Shown here: positions 13,250 through 26,484 of the stretch, one piece after another
Position numbering within the stretch: the first letter of the stretch is position 1
How the letters are laid out: every line of letters begins with the position of its first letter
Assembly: GCF_963921235.1 (NCBI RefSeq)
Contig: NC_086108.1
Span: 34,102,001-34,166,000 of the forward strand
Source: Mobula hypostoma
Taxonomy: Eukaryota
DNA length: 64,000 nt
Direction of reading: 5' to 3'
Position numbers and translations under genes: made by a program
Notes under the pieces: generated by a model
Databases searched by the model: none
What the model was told of the DNA's origin: nothing
Seen by the model: only the letters and a program-made list of their open reading frames with translations

Positions 13250-13255
13250 AATAAA
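13250..13255 (+). promoter_or_regulatory. Candidate proximal polyadenylation signal of the RGS5-like gene
   Basis: AATAAA ~195 nt after the stop, followed by a GU/U-rich tract (~13277-13330). Further AATAAA sites lie downstream, so the real 3' end is uncertain. Confidence 0.35.
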
Positions 13256-16200
13256 CACACACCAAATATGGCCAAGTGTTTGTACCTTCAATGCTGCACT
13301 TGTCTTTCGTGTCTGTGTGTGTTTTTTTTTCCGTCCTTCCTTATTTCTGCTATGAGATTATACCAAGTGATAAATAATCATGTGGCTTCAAACGAATTCT
13401 TGAGCAAATCAAATCATTCCTTATGATTTCTTATCTCAATCATTTCAAGGATCCAGCAAAATGCTTTGAAAATGAGATTACAGACATCAGAGACCTACAG
13501 AGTAAGCAGCCTCTTATCCTTTCTATATCAGAAAAGTGTAACCCTGCTTTCACAGTCGCAGAGCATCATTCATTGGAGCCATCCAAGTCACCAAACAATT
13601 CTATATTTACTAATGAAGCATGCTAGAAAAATTATATGAACTCCTCAAACATAAAATACAACAAGGATACTGATGGCTTGTAATAAGCATTATGTAGTGG
13701 GCATTCTATGTAAACAGATAACAGATTTGTGCTTACCTGGAATTAGCTGGACTCAAGTTGTCCCTAACCATCTCATTAGTAATGTATTGAGGGCTATAGG
13801 TGCGGATGCTCCATCTAAACTGTACGCCACATCATAATGTGAGACAGCATGTCCACAAGTTCACACAATCACACGTTCAGTCTCACCATATTATCTTATT
13901 GCTATTTACATGATTAACTTTGTCTCCCAATTTACCGGAGAAGTAAACCCCCATAAGCTATGGGGTATATTTCTAAAATTCCGCAATGATGTACTTCAGA
14001 GGCGACAGAGTTGTGTATCACTGGTGTGAGGAAGTGATGAAAAGGCTTTAATTACTTAGGGGGTTTGAGTTAGATTTTTTTAAAGGAAAAGCAATGGTAA
14101 AAGAACACTGATTATTTCAACCAATTAATTTAATTAATCACAAGGCTCCAATAAATGCTTTACACTTAAAAAAGAATGAAATAAGCAAATTAAGGTGCCA
14201 AAGTGTACAATTAGTACCCAGCAGTAGATATCACAGACAAAACAATGCAACAAGTGATCCAAACACAAACTATCTTGTCTGTCTATCTCAATCAGGCCTC
14301 AATGTATAATTGATACATTCAATCTATACATAAAATACACATGAACATATTAAATCTTCAAGAACTTGTATATTAATTTTAATTTTATTTGGCTCCAAAA
14401 TATAATTTACTTCCTAACATGGAAATTATTTTTATCATTTATGAACATCAACAAACATTGACATAGAATACTACCTCTGAAAAATTTGAAGTTGCAATTA
14501 TTTTCCTTTACATGTGTGTGCACCTGGGAGAATTTCTGTTTAAGTTGGGTTGACTAAGATAGAACCAACTCTGTCACAGAACAACCGGAGTGTTAACCTG
14601 AAGGGAAACAGAAGGATGGAAGTAGAAAGTAACACTTGTTAACTTCAGGTGAACTGCATTGTGCCCCAAATCAGTAAAGCAATTTAAGAAAAAAAAATGC
14701 CTGAGGGAATCCAGATTATCCAAAATTAATCAGGTAATGAAAATCACCAAATGAACCTTAAAGCATATATTCAACTTTATAATAAGCAAATGCCCGAATG
14801 AACATCAAGTCATCTGAATAGACATTTAAATTTTAAAAGGAGGTCCCCGTATTTTATATGATAGTAGAAAGGTGCAATTTAATCTTAATGCAGGGTTCTG
14901 TAATTTCTTGTGTGACTTAGGCTTTCTTTCCTACAAATAAAGATGGTTGACACACATAATTATCAAAGTTCCATACTGTTTCTATGAAATCCTTACAAAG
15001 AGAGTGTTGTGGACATTAAAATAATATATTAATGCACAATAATAAAATTGTTCCTCCCTCCATCAGTACTTATATATACTCAAACAAAGAATGGAATAGT
15101 TTGTCTGTATTGTATTCCTTCTCCTAAAGATAAAGCATATCTAGAATGCTATCCAAACTATTTAGAGAGCGCTTAGAATTGATCTGTACTGTAAATTGTG
15201 TAGCCAATGCATGCTCCTCATTAAAAAATACTCCATTTATTGCATGTGTTATTATTATTACAGCACCCACACTCTTCAATGAAGAATTATCTCATTAAAG
15301 AGTCTCAGTAAATGCTTCATTTTATTTTGGTGGCAGACTAGTGAGAAACCTTGGTGAAGGCTTAAAGCCCATAAGTGCAGGACACAGCCAAGGCTAAAGA
15401 GGGGACGGTCAATAAGGAGGCAGTGATCCAGTAATGCCAAGCCAAAGGTGCAGTATCAGGACATTATTTTATCATTTCTGCTTTAAAACAGAATCCATTT
15501 CTATACAAAATTGGAATACTTTTGTTTTAGGAAACAGAAGCTGAGAGTTATGTCCTGTTTCACTTAGCATAGTAGTATAAACAAGATTTTTGTCCTTCTG
15601 TTTTTCTTGGCCGTTTTAAGTCACAATTTTCCAGCTGACTCAGTAAGATTCTACCCTAGTGAGAGTTGGTTTGATTGATAATTGTGGAAGTTGAACATTT
15701 TCTAGCTGTAGGCTTAATGCTGGGTGGTGCCAATCCTCTTGTGTTTGGCAGCATTAGATGGAGTTGAAACACACCACCTTAAAGCCTGAAAATTTGTCAA
15801 GTTGGCACAATTATCTTGACAATCATCACCCAAAATGAGTACATTATATTTCAATTACTGGAAGTCTGTAAAGCTAAAATCATAAAGCACTCATATCTAA
15901 TGGAAATGGTTCTGGAATGTAAGTGCGAGCTACCATAATGAAGCTAATATTAAAATCTAAAGCATTATTCCTTATTAAAAAGTTAATCTTCTTGTGATTA
16001 TTCTGCTTTGTGTGCAATATGTATCTGCTCCAATGGTTTGAACTCCTCATGATCTGACAGGTTCTAGGGGTCATAAAATGACATGAATGGTTTACAAAAA
16101 GAGACAGATTTCTATGTAGTACAGGCATGACTATATGCAAATCCCGATTACTGTTATCCTGGCTACTTCACACACTGATAAAGACTTTCTTCTGCAAAGT

Positions 16201-17789
16201 TGAGGATCTTTTTTTTTAATCTGGGCAAGAGAATCATTCACGTTGCTCAGAGACAGTGAGTGCATTAGTCAGAAAATGAAGATTCCTATCTCAAGCATAA
16301 TGTTCAAAGCATTATATCAGCATAGAAGTCAATTTAATAAGCCTCATGTAGGAATAATTATAGATGCATGAACAGCATTAAAAACAATACTTTATTTTGG
16401 ACACATTCAAACTCAGAAATTGGTATTTAACCTCCAGATTCCCATACTTTCATGTTAATTTTATGAAGTATTCAGCTCTTTATCTGACATAGTTGAAACA
16501 AATGGGTGTAATCATGTACCATTTATTGTTATCTGTACTATACTGTACTGTTATTAGTGACTGCAGAGGCCTTTTCCAGCTTTCTGTCTTATCTTGGAAG
16601 AGTTCAAAACCTTACGAAGTAAATGTATTTCTATACCAACACATGCCTATTTTATTCTATATAACTTAACAGATTTTCTTATAAAAATCTCCTGGTGATC
16701 TCCGAGCATTAGAATGAATGAATGAGAGCTCACTGGTGATGGCAATGTTCTTTATTATTCACAACAATTAAATGTTATTCACAGACAAATAAAAACCTAC
16801 TAGGCTCCAACCACCACTTAGCATATCTAGAAATGACTCTTTCAATTATTTTTTCAGGTTATTTATTCAAGTCAAGCACCCAGTCAATTCTTGGTCAGTT
16901 CTGAGTTAGGTCACCTTACATGGGACTGGTGTAGAAGTTGCAATTAGGCTCAAAAGTAGAGAGTTAAGTTTACGGGGGAAGATAATTCAAACGTGATTCC
17001 CAATGCTGTAATTGTTTTATGCTGAGAAGGTACCGTTCACTCATACACAAGTTGAAGTTCATGCATGAAGTACTGTAGCTACATGATTAAAGAGAGATGA
17101 AGGCTGCCAAACCTCAAAACAGATGCTGTGGGGAATCTGGAAAGGTCATGATTTGCTCTCAGGCATGCAGCGAAAACACTAAGGTCCAACTATAATGGTC
17201 TGCTTTCAACAGTATGCAAAGGTACGAGTTGGAAATTAGACTTATAGGAGTGTATTTTAATACAAGGTCTTCATGAAGACCTGACTGCTTCCAGTCTGTT
17301 CTGAGCAAAAAGTAAAAGGATATCATACAGGTTTTCTGGAGCCAATTAACAATTGTCAATGATGAGCACCTTAAGGTATGCACTGAGGAGGAGGAAGGAG
17401 AGTTGAAAGGTAAGTCGGAATTTATTGGCTTCCCAAAAAAAGTTAAAAATCCCAGCAGTTGCTTCAGAAAACATCCACTCAATTCTGCAAACATGATACC
17501 TGTCAGAGCAACAGACTGAAATCAATAACCATCAACTCTTGAGACCTCAAGAGCAGACATGTTAGTTAAACAGGCATGTTTTATCCGTTCTCTGCTTTGG
17601 TATTTGAAGGGTGAACTAAGACAGTTTGACATGTTTGTACTGGGGCTGCCCAGCAGCACCTCATGATTGAACAATCACTGGTGAAGAGTTACCAGAAAGT
17701 TTAGGCCACCTCTGGTGCACCTATGGGAATGTTGAATTTGCTGGAAAGTAGAAAGGAAAAGATTGCTGGGTCTGCGTGAAAGTGCAAAC

Positions 17790-18250
17790 CTATCAGTATC
17801 AGGATTGTATTTATTACCATTGACACATGACATGAAATTTATTGTTTTGTGGCAGCAGTAGTTGCAAAAGCATGAAAAAGTATTAATTACAAAAATAAAT
17901 AATTAGTGCATAAGCAAAGGAATAATGAGGTAGTCTTCATTAGTACATGGATTGTTCAGAAATCTGATGGAGAAGGGGAAGAATCTGTTCTTAAATCACT
18001 GAGTGTAGGTCTTCAGGCTTCTGTGTCTCCTCCATGATGGTAGCACCAGCTGGGAAGGTCTTTAGTGATAGATGCCACCATCTTGACATACCAAATCTCC
18101 TCAAGCTCTTAACAAGAGCTAATGTGCCATCTTTGTGTCTGTGTCAATGTGTTGGGCTGCATAATAGATCCTTTGAGATGTTGACACACAGGAACCTGAA
18201 GCTGCTCACCCTTTCCACCACTGACCCCTCAATGAGGAGTTGTGTGTGTT
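17790..18250 (-). mobile_element. Rex1/Babar-type LINE 3' fragments
   Basis: Reverse complement of the tail (ATCAGGATT..ATTTATTACC) and GAAGCTGCTCACCCTTTCCAC (VERVSSF) sequence seen in the 37819-38598 copy. Confidence 0.65.
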
Positions 18251-18404
18251 CTCCCAACAAAATCCAAAAATATCTATTAGGGATTACATGTCATCAGTAT
18301 CTTTAACATATTATAGCAAACACACCAATCCCAGGTGACAGACTGTAATTGAAGGGAAATCTAGGCCCATGGCATCTAGAGTACCTTCAATTACATGTCA
18401 AAAG

Positions 18405-20080
18405 GGCAAGTTACAATAGTCATGAGGGATTTCAATACACAAATAGATGGGGAAAATCAAGTTGTGCTGGATCCTAAGAGGAGGATTTTCTAGAGATGGC
18501 TTTTTAGAGCAGCTCTTAGTTGAGCCCACTAGGGGATCACTTATGCTGGTTTGAGTGTTGTGCAATGAACTGAAATTGATTAGAGAGCTCAAGATGTAGG
18601 GACCCTTAGGAGAAAGTGATCATAATATGATCAAATTCACCCTGCAGTTTGAGAAAGAGAAACTAAACTCAGACGTATCAGTATTACAGTGAAGTAAGGG
18701 GAATTATAGAGGCATGAGTAAGGAGCTGGCCAAAATTGATTGCAAGGGAACACTAGCAGAGATGATGGCAGAGCAGCAATGGCTGGAGTTTCTGGGAGCA
18801 ATTGGGAAGGTGCAGGATAGATACATCTCAAAAAAGAAGAAACATTCTAAAGATAGATGACACAACTGTGGTTGACAAGAGAAGTTAAAGCCAACAGAAA
18901 AGCCAAAGAGAGGACATATTATAGAGCAAAAATTAGTGGAAAATTAGAGAATTGGGTAGCTTTTAAAAACCAATAGAAGGCAACCAGAAAAATTATAAAG
19001 AAGGAAAAGATAGAATACAAAGTTAAACTAGCCAATAATATTGAAGAGACCATCAAAAGTTTCTTCAGATATATAAAGAGTAAAAGAGAGGTAAGAGTAG
19101 ATACCAGAGCACTGGAAAATGATGCTTCAGTGGTAATAATGGGGGATGTGAAAAAAGCAGAACGATTGATTAAGTATTTTGCATTAGTCTTCATTATGGA
19201 AGATACTAGCAGTATGCCGGAAGTTGGAGAGTGTCAAGGGGCAAAAGTGAGAGAGGTTGCCATTACTAGGGAGAAGGTGTTGGGAAACTGAAAAATCGGA
19301 AGGTAGATAAATCATCTGGATTATCATCAAATCATGTGATGGTCTATGCCCCAGGGTTCTGAAAGAGGTGGCAGAAGAGATTGTGGAGGCATTTTTAAAG
19401 ATCTTTCAAGAATCATTTGATTCTGGCATGGTTCTAGAGGACTGGAAAATTACAATTGTCACACCACTCTTTCAGAAGGGAGAGAGGGTTTCCTTAAGCA
19501 AAAATCTTGCCTTACAAATCTGTTGGAACTCTTTGAAGAAATAACAAGCGGAATAGACAAAGGAGAACGGTCAATGTTGTTTACTTGGATTTTCAGATAC
19601 TTTTGATGAGATGCCACACATGAGGCTGCTTAACAAGTTAAGAGCCTGCTGTATTACAGGAAAGGTACTTGCATGGTTAAAGCTGAAATCAGAATAATGG
19701 TCGGGGGTGAATGATGAGATTTCATTGAAACCGATCGACTATTGAAAGGACTCAATAGAGTGGATGTGGAGAGGATGTTTCCTATGGTGGGGAAGTTGAA
19801 GATCAGAGGACGTCCATTTAGAATGAAGATCTGGAGGAATTACTTTTTCTAGAGAGTAGTGAATCTGTGGAATTTGTTGGCACACGCGGCTGTAGAGGCC
19901 AAGTCATTGGGTATTTTTAAGGCAGAAGGTGATAGATTCGTGATTACTCAGGGCATGACAGGTTATGAGGAGAAGGTAGGAGATTGGGACTGTGAGGGAA
20001 AATGGATCTGCCATCATGAAATAGTGGAGCAGACTCGATGGGCCAAATTGCCAAATGCTACTCCTATATCTTATGGTCTT
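18405..20080 (+). mobile_element. Internally deleted CR1 LINE
   Basis: Endonuclease, RT (KSCLTNLLE; VYLDFQ) and 3' segments joined across deletions; ends TCTTATGGTCTTA at ~20070-20081. Confidence 0.85.
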
Positions 20081-20704
20081 AAATTAGAGTTAAATCAAAT
20101 GAAAGGCTGCTGTTGTAAGAAGGCAAGACAAGCTTATGGAGGAATCGTTGAGAACAAGAGTAATTTTACTTGTCATTTATACTCAAGTCAGCTGAGTGAG
20201 ATAATGAAGAATTCCTATGTGTGAACAGAAAGAGTCCTGTGTTAAATCTAAAGCAGGGGATAAACAGTTACAGGAATTGTTTCAAGGCTTGACTCAAGCT
20301 CACAATCATTGCCCAACAGGCGCTTTTACCTCTTCAGATAAAAGACAGTCATGGGAAAAGTAATGCAATATGAAAATGAATTAAAGAATTAGAGGCATGC
20401 ACAGTTTTAGTAATGGAAACTATTTTCAAAATTATCTGTTTTTGTTTCCTGTATTACTCAGATAGTAACTCAGTGTTGACTCAGTATAGTTAATTTGAAT
20501 TGGAATGAGAATTAGTTTATTATTGTGTGATGTACCAAGATAGAGTGAAAAGCTTGCCTTGCATACTCTTCATATAGATCCCAGTACAATGGGATGGAAC
20601 AATGTAGAATACAATGTAACAGCTACAGTAAAAATGATAAACATTAAAATGCAAGATCATAACAATGTAGATTGTGCGGTCAAGTGTTCCTCTGATCATA
20701 CAAG

Positions 20705-21310
20705 GTGTATGAGAGATTGTGGATGCATTAGTAATGACCTTTCAAGAATTAATAGATTCTGGAATGGTTCTGGAGGACTTGAATATTGCAAATGTCACTC
20801 CACTCCTTAAGAAGGGAAGGAGGCAGAAGAAAATAAATTATAGGTCAATTAGCCAGACCTCAGCATCTAAGAAAGGATATGGTGATATTAGAGAGGGCCC
20901 AGAGGAGGTTCACAAGAATGATTTAGGGAGTGAAAGGATTTGTACATGAGGATTTTGATGGATCTAGGACTGTACTCAAGGAATATTGAAAAGCCTAGAT
21001 AGAGTCAATGTGGAGAGGATGTTTCTTATAGTGGGAGAGTCTAGGACCAGAGGGCACAGCATCAGAATAGAGGGTCATCCAAAGTACAGAGATGAAGAAG
21101 AATATCATTAGCCAGAGGGTGGAGAAACTGTGGAATTCATTGTCACAGATGGCTATTGAGGTGCTTGATTAGTCAGGACATCAAAGGTATAGGGGGGAAG
21201 GCAGGAAGTTGGGGTTGCAAGGGATAATAAATCAGCCATGATGGAATGGTGGAACACACTGGATGAGCTGAATGGGTTAATTCTGCTCGATAGCCTTATG
21301 GTCTTATGGT
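20705..21310 (+). mobile_element. Internally deleted CR1 fragment
   Basis: ORF 20719-20949 (DSGMVLED..IANVTPLLKKG..NYRSIS) followed by the CR1 3' end and CTTATGGTCTTATGGTC tail. Confidence 0.8.
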
Positions 21311-21823
21311 CATTCAAGAGTCTGGCAACAGCAGGATAGAAGATGGCCTTGAAACTCGTGGCACGGCTTGAAAAGCTGATGATGTAGTGCTCCAAGAAAC
21401 TGAAAGGCAAAACTACCAACCTTGTCATTTTTGGGTGAAGAGAAATTTTATTTATCAGCGTAGATACGAATTTCTTAAAATATATTTTGGTCTAGTTGAA
21501 GTAGAATAGAAGGTCAGAAACAGAAGCAGGGATATATTGAAAGGTCTATTGGGCTTGCACTGTCATTCAATGAGTTATCCAATCTTGGCCTCAACACCAC
21601 ACACACATTCTCTGCCAAAGAAATTGACTCCTTTGAGTTCAAATCTTTGTCAATTGCTGCCTCAAATATAATTTTTGACTGTGCCCCCATGTCCCTCAAT
21701 GGTAGCAGATTCTACAGCATTATGACATTGGAGAAAAGTTTCACCTCTTGGTATCTTCTTGTTCTGAAACCATATATTTTATCCTAGTTACCCTCACTGA
21801 AAGCAACATCTTCTCAACTTCAT

Positions 21824-24602
21824 TTATGATGTAGTGGCCATTACAGAGACTTGGCTGGCACCAGGGCAGGAATGGATTCTCAATATTCCTGGATTTCAGT
21901 GCTTTAAAAGGGATGGGGGGGAGGGGAGGAGGGGTGGCATTACTGGTCAGGGATACTATTAAAGCTACAGAAAGGGTGGGTAATGTAGCAGGATCCTCTT
22001 TTGAGTCAATATGGGTGGAAGTCAGGAACAGGAAGGGAGCAATTACTCTACTGGGGGTATTCTATAGGCTCCCTGGTAGCAGCAGAGATACAGAGGAGCA
22101 GATTGGGAGGCAGATTTTGGAAAGGTGCAAAAATAACAGGGTTGTTATCATGGGTGACTTTAACTTCCTTAATATTGATTGGCACCTGATTAGTTCCAAG
22201 GGTTTAGATGGGGCAGAATTTGTTAAGTGTGTCCAGGACGGATTCCTGTCACAGTATGTGGACAGGCCGACCAGGGGGAATACCATACTAGATCTAGTAC
22301 TAGTTATTGAACCGGGTCAGGTCACAGATCTCTCAGCGGGTGAGCATCTGGGGGACAGTGACCACCGCTCCCTGGCCTTTATAATTATCATGGAAAAGGA
22401 TAGAATCAAAGAGGACAGGAAAATTTTTAATTGGGGAAAGGCAAATTATGAGGTTATAAGGCTAGAACTTGCGGGTGTGAATTGGGATGATGTTTTTGCA
22501 GGGAAATGTACTATGGACATGTGGTCGATGTTTAGAGATCTCTTGCGGGATGTAAGGGATAAATTTGTCCCGGTGAGGAGGATAAAGAATAGTAGGGTGA
22601 AGGAACCATGGGTGACAAGTGAGGTGGAAAATCTAGTCAGGTGGAAGAAGGCAGCATACATGAGGTTTAGGAAGCAAGGATCAAATGGGTCTATTGAGGA
22701 ATATAGGGAAGCAAGAAAGGAGCTTAAGAAGGGGCTGAGAAGAGCAAGAAGGGGGCATGAGAAGGCCTTGGCGAGTAGGGTAAAGGAAAACCCCAAGGCA
22801 TTCTTCAATTATGTGAAGAGAAAAAGGATGACAGGAGTGAAGGTAGGACCGATTAGAGATAAAGGTGGGAAGATGTGCCTGGAGGCTGTGGAAATGAGTG
22901 AGGTCCTCAATGAATACTTCTCTTCGGTATTCACCAATGAGAGGGAACTTGAAGATCGTGAGGACAATATGAGTGAGGTTGATGTTCTGGAGCATGCTGA
23001 TATTAAGGGAGAGGAGGTGTTGGAGTTGTTAAAATACATTAAGACAGATAAGTCCCCGGGACCTGATGGAATATTCCCCAGGCTGCTCCACGAGGTGAGA
23101 GAGGAGATTGCTGAGTCTCTGGCTAGGATCTTTATGTCCTCGTTGTCCACGGGAATGGTACCGGAGGATTGGAGGGAGGTGAATGTTATTCCCTTGTTCA
23201 AAAAAGGTAGTAGGGATAGTCCGGGTAATTATAGACCAGTGAGCCTTACGTCTGTGGTGGGAAATCTGTTGGAAAAGATTCTTAGAGATAGGATCTATAG
23301 GCATTTAGAGAATCATGGTCTGATCAGGGACAGTCAGGATGGCTTTTTGAAGGGCAGATCATGTCTAACAAGTCTGATAGAATTCTTTGAGGAGGTGACC
23401 AGGCATATAAATGAGGGTAGTGCAGTGGATGTGATCTTTATGGATTTTAGTAAGGCATTTGACAAGGTTCCACACGGTAGGCTTATTCAGAAAGTTAGAA
23501 GGCATGGGATCCAGGGAAGTTTGGCCGGGTGGATTCAGAATTGGCTTGCCTGCAGAAGGCAGAGGGTGGTGGTGGATGGAGTACATTCAGATTGGAGGAT
23601 TGTGACTAGTGGTGTCCCACAAGGATCTGTTCTGGGTCCTCTACTTTTCGTGATTTTTATTAACGACCTGGATGTGGGGGTAGAAGGCTGGGTTGGCAAG
23701 TTTGCAGATGACACAAATGTTGGTGGTGTTGTAGATCGAGTAGAGGATTGTCAAAGATTGCAGAGAGACATTGATAGGATGCAGAAGTGAGCTGAGAAGT
23801 GGCAGATGGAGTTCAACCTGGAGAAGTGTGAGGTGGTACACTTTGGATGGACAAACTCCAAGGCAGAGTACAAAGTAAATGGCAGGATACTTGGTAGTGT
23901 GGAGGAGCAGAGGGATCTGGGGGTACATGTCCACAGATTCCTGAAAGTTGCCTCACAGGTGGATAGGGTAGTTAAGAAAGCTTATGGGGTGTTAGCTTTC
24001 AGAAGTCGAGGGATAGAGTTTAAGAGTCGCGATATAATGATGCAGCTCTATAAAACTCTGGTTAGGCCACACTTGGAGTACTGTGTCCAGTTCTGGTCAC
24101 CTCACTATAGGAAGGATGTGGAAGCATTGGAAAGGGTACAGAGGAGATTTACCAGGATGCTGCCTGGTTTAGAAAGTATACATTATGATCAGAGATTAAA
24201 GGAGCTAGGGCTTTACTCTTTGGAGAGAAGGAGGATGAGAGGAGACATGATAGAGGTGTACAAGATAATAAGAGGAATAGGTAGAGTGGATAGCCAGCAC
24301 TCTTCCCCAGGGCACTACTGCTCAATACAAGAGGACATGGCTTTAAGGTAAGGGGTGGGAAGTTCAAGGGGGATATTAGAGGAAGGTTTTTTACTCAGAG
24401 AGTGGTTGGTGCGTGGAATGCACTGCCTGAGTCAGTGGTGGTGGCAGATACACTAGTGAAGTTTAAGAGACTACTAGACAGGTAAATGGAGGAATCTAAG
24501 GTGGGGACTTATATGGGAGGCAGGGTTTGCGGGTCGGCACAACATTGTGGGCCGAAGGGCCTGTACTGTGCTGTACTACTCTATGTTCTATGTTCTATGT
24601 TC
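21824..24602 (+). mobile_element. Young 5'-truncated CR1 LINE, same subfamily as 1-3312, in inverted orientation
   Basis: 625-aa ORF 21913-23790 with endonuclease and RT motifs ([15 protein letters not shown]). A premature TGA (23788-23790) is followed in frame by 23806-24351, with a frameshift near 24300. (TTCTATG)n tail at ~24580-24602. Confidence 0.97.
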
Positions 24603-25075
24603 ATGTCACTCTACCTTAGTAAGTTACATTTTTCAGTAAAACTACCTCTCATTTTCCATTCTCTTTTGTGACTCCAGCTAACTTGGATTTTCTCAAGTAC
24701 CAACCAGTTTATGATGGGAATCAGTCCAATGAACCTTTTCTGCACTGCTTCTGACATCAGCAAACAAAACCCCATACAATAGCAAATAGACAAAGTTCAA
24801 CACATGGCCCTTCAAGTCTTCCCTGTCATTCAATATGATCCTGACTGATGTATCCTTGGCCTCTATTCCTCTTCTGTGTCAGATTCCCAATAATCCTGAA
24901 TTACTCAATATTTCAAAAATATATCTATTCTGACTTGAAGTACATCAAATGGTCCAGCCTCCAAAATCATGTAGGGTTGTGATTTCTAAAGATTTGTCAC
25001 CCTTTACACAAAGAAATTCCCATGCACCTCAGTTTTAAGTAATTTGCCTCTAATCTTGTAACAATGTGCCATTGA

Positions 25076-25930
25076 TGTCATAGGGGGGCGTTGGGAGTGG
25101 ACCCAAATGCAAGACACAGGCACTGAAGTACTAGGAACAGGACAAAGTTTATCAAGAAAGCAAGGGGTCAGAAAGAAACGACGCTGGACATGGACACAGG
25201 CCCTGGACGAGACAAGGACACCGGGTCTGGGCTAGGACTAAGACTAGGAAAGCAGGACTAGAACGAGGAACTTGGAACTAGGAGCCTGGGCTAGGACTCC
25301 AAGCCAGAGACTGGACAGGGACCCAGAGCCTGGGTCTTGACTCGGGTTCGGACCCCGGATCTAGGCGAGGACAAGATGTGGCTACAGGACTGGACGTGGA
25401 ACTCCTGCACAGGATGAGGCACATGAGCAGGACGAGAACACAAAGCCTTGACTTGGACAGGATGAAGTTCTTGGATGTGGCTTGGACTAGACGAGGTCCT
25501 TGGACGTGGCTTGGACAAGAGGAGGTTCTTGGATGTGGCTTGGGCTAGACAAGGTCCTTGGACGTGGCTTGGGCAAGAGGAGGTTCTTGAACGTGGCTTG
25601 GACTAGATGAGGTTCTTGGATGTGGCTTGGACTAGACGAGGTTCTTAGATGTGGCTTGGACAAGACGAGGTTCTAGGACGTGGCTTGGACTAGACGAGAG
25701 ATCTCCAGGATTGGACGAGGGAACTCCAGCACAGGTCGTGGCTCTTGGACTAGGTTTGGCTCGGCTCTTGGACATCTCTTGGTTAGGCTCTTGGGTACAG
25801 AGTCGGGACTCCTTTTTGGGCTCGGAGCCGCCGGAATCCTTCTAGGACACATGGCCGGGACACTTTCTAGGACGCAGGGCCAGGATGACTGCTGAGGATA
25901 CCTGCAGGTTTCACGGACGGGACCATGATA
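25076..25930 (-). mobile_element. Solo LTR (855 bp) with an internal minisatellite
   Basis: Termini TGTCAT...ATGATA (degenerate TG...CA inverted ends), flanked by ATTGA/TTTGA (5-bp TSD, one mismatch); interrupts the old CR1. Orientation is inferred from a degenerate polyA signal. Confidence 0.7.
25467..25698. repeat. Minisatellite, 8 x 29 bp
   Basis: Consensus GTTCTTGGAYGTGGCTTGGACWAGACGAG, head-to-tail with no spacers; the first four units alternate A-B-A-B. Confidence 0.95.
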
Positions 25931-26420
25931 TTTGAGGACTGCTACTGGTGGAAAGATCTCAATATCTACCTTCTCATGCCTTATATGGATCTTTATGATG
26001 TCAAAAGATCCTTCCCAATTCTTCTAAACTCCATAACTACAGAACAAACGTACCTAACCTTATGCAATAAGACATTCCACTTATAATAGAAATTAACATG
26101 GTGAACCTCATGGCGATTGCTACTGATGCTATTCCATTTATTCATAAGTAATTGAACCAAAAGTGTACATGGTTACTTAGGTGTACCCTCGTTAATATTC
26201 TGTGCAATTCTTTTCTATTTTTAAATTTCAAACTCTTTCCAATAAATGACAACATGTAGTTTGCCTTCTTGTAATTCATGCACAAGTACACCTAGGCTGC
26301 ACTGTACTTCACTCATTTGCAATGCAACACTGTTGAGATTGTTGTATCTCTACAACTCCATACCAATTAAACAAGAGCATGAGTACAGGATGGCTTTAAC
26401 TGGTGTATTCACATTGCAGC

Positions 26421-26421
<1 letters not shown>

Positions 26422-26462
<41 letters not shown>

Positions 26463-26468
26463 GAGAGA
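26422..26468. repeat. (GA)n microsatellite inside the Gypsy LTR
   Basis: Direct observation; a shorter (GA)n lies at the homologous position of the other LTR (~43468-43483). Confidence 0.9.
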
Positions 26469-26484
26469 TGCATGCATAGTTATC

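Noticed and set aside
21913..23790. Long 625-aa ORF (also 567 aa at 32347-34050 and 397 aa at 712-1905) as host genes or a novel RT system
   Set aside because: These are CR1 ORF2 sequences with stops, frameshifts and LINE tails; there is no sign of domestication.
25467..25698. Regular 29-bp repeats resembling a CRISPR array
   Set aside because: The units are contiguous with no unique spacers, there are no cas genes, and the array lies in an LTR-like element of a vertebrate genome.
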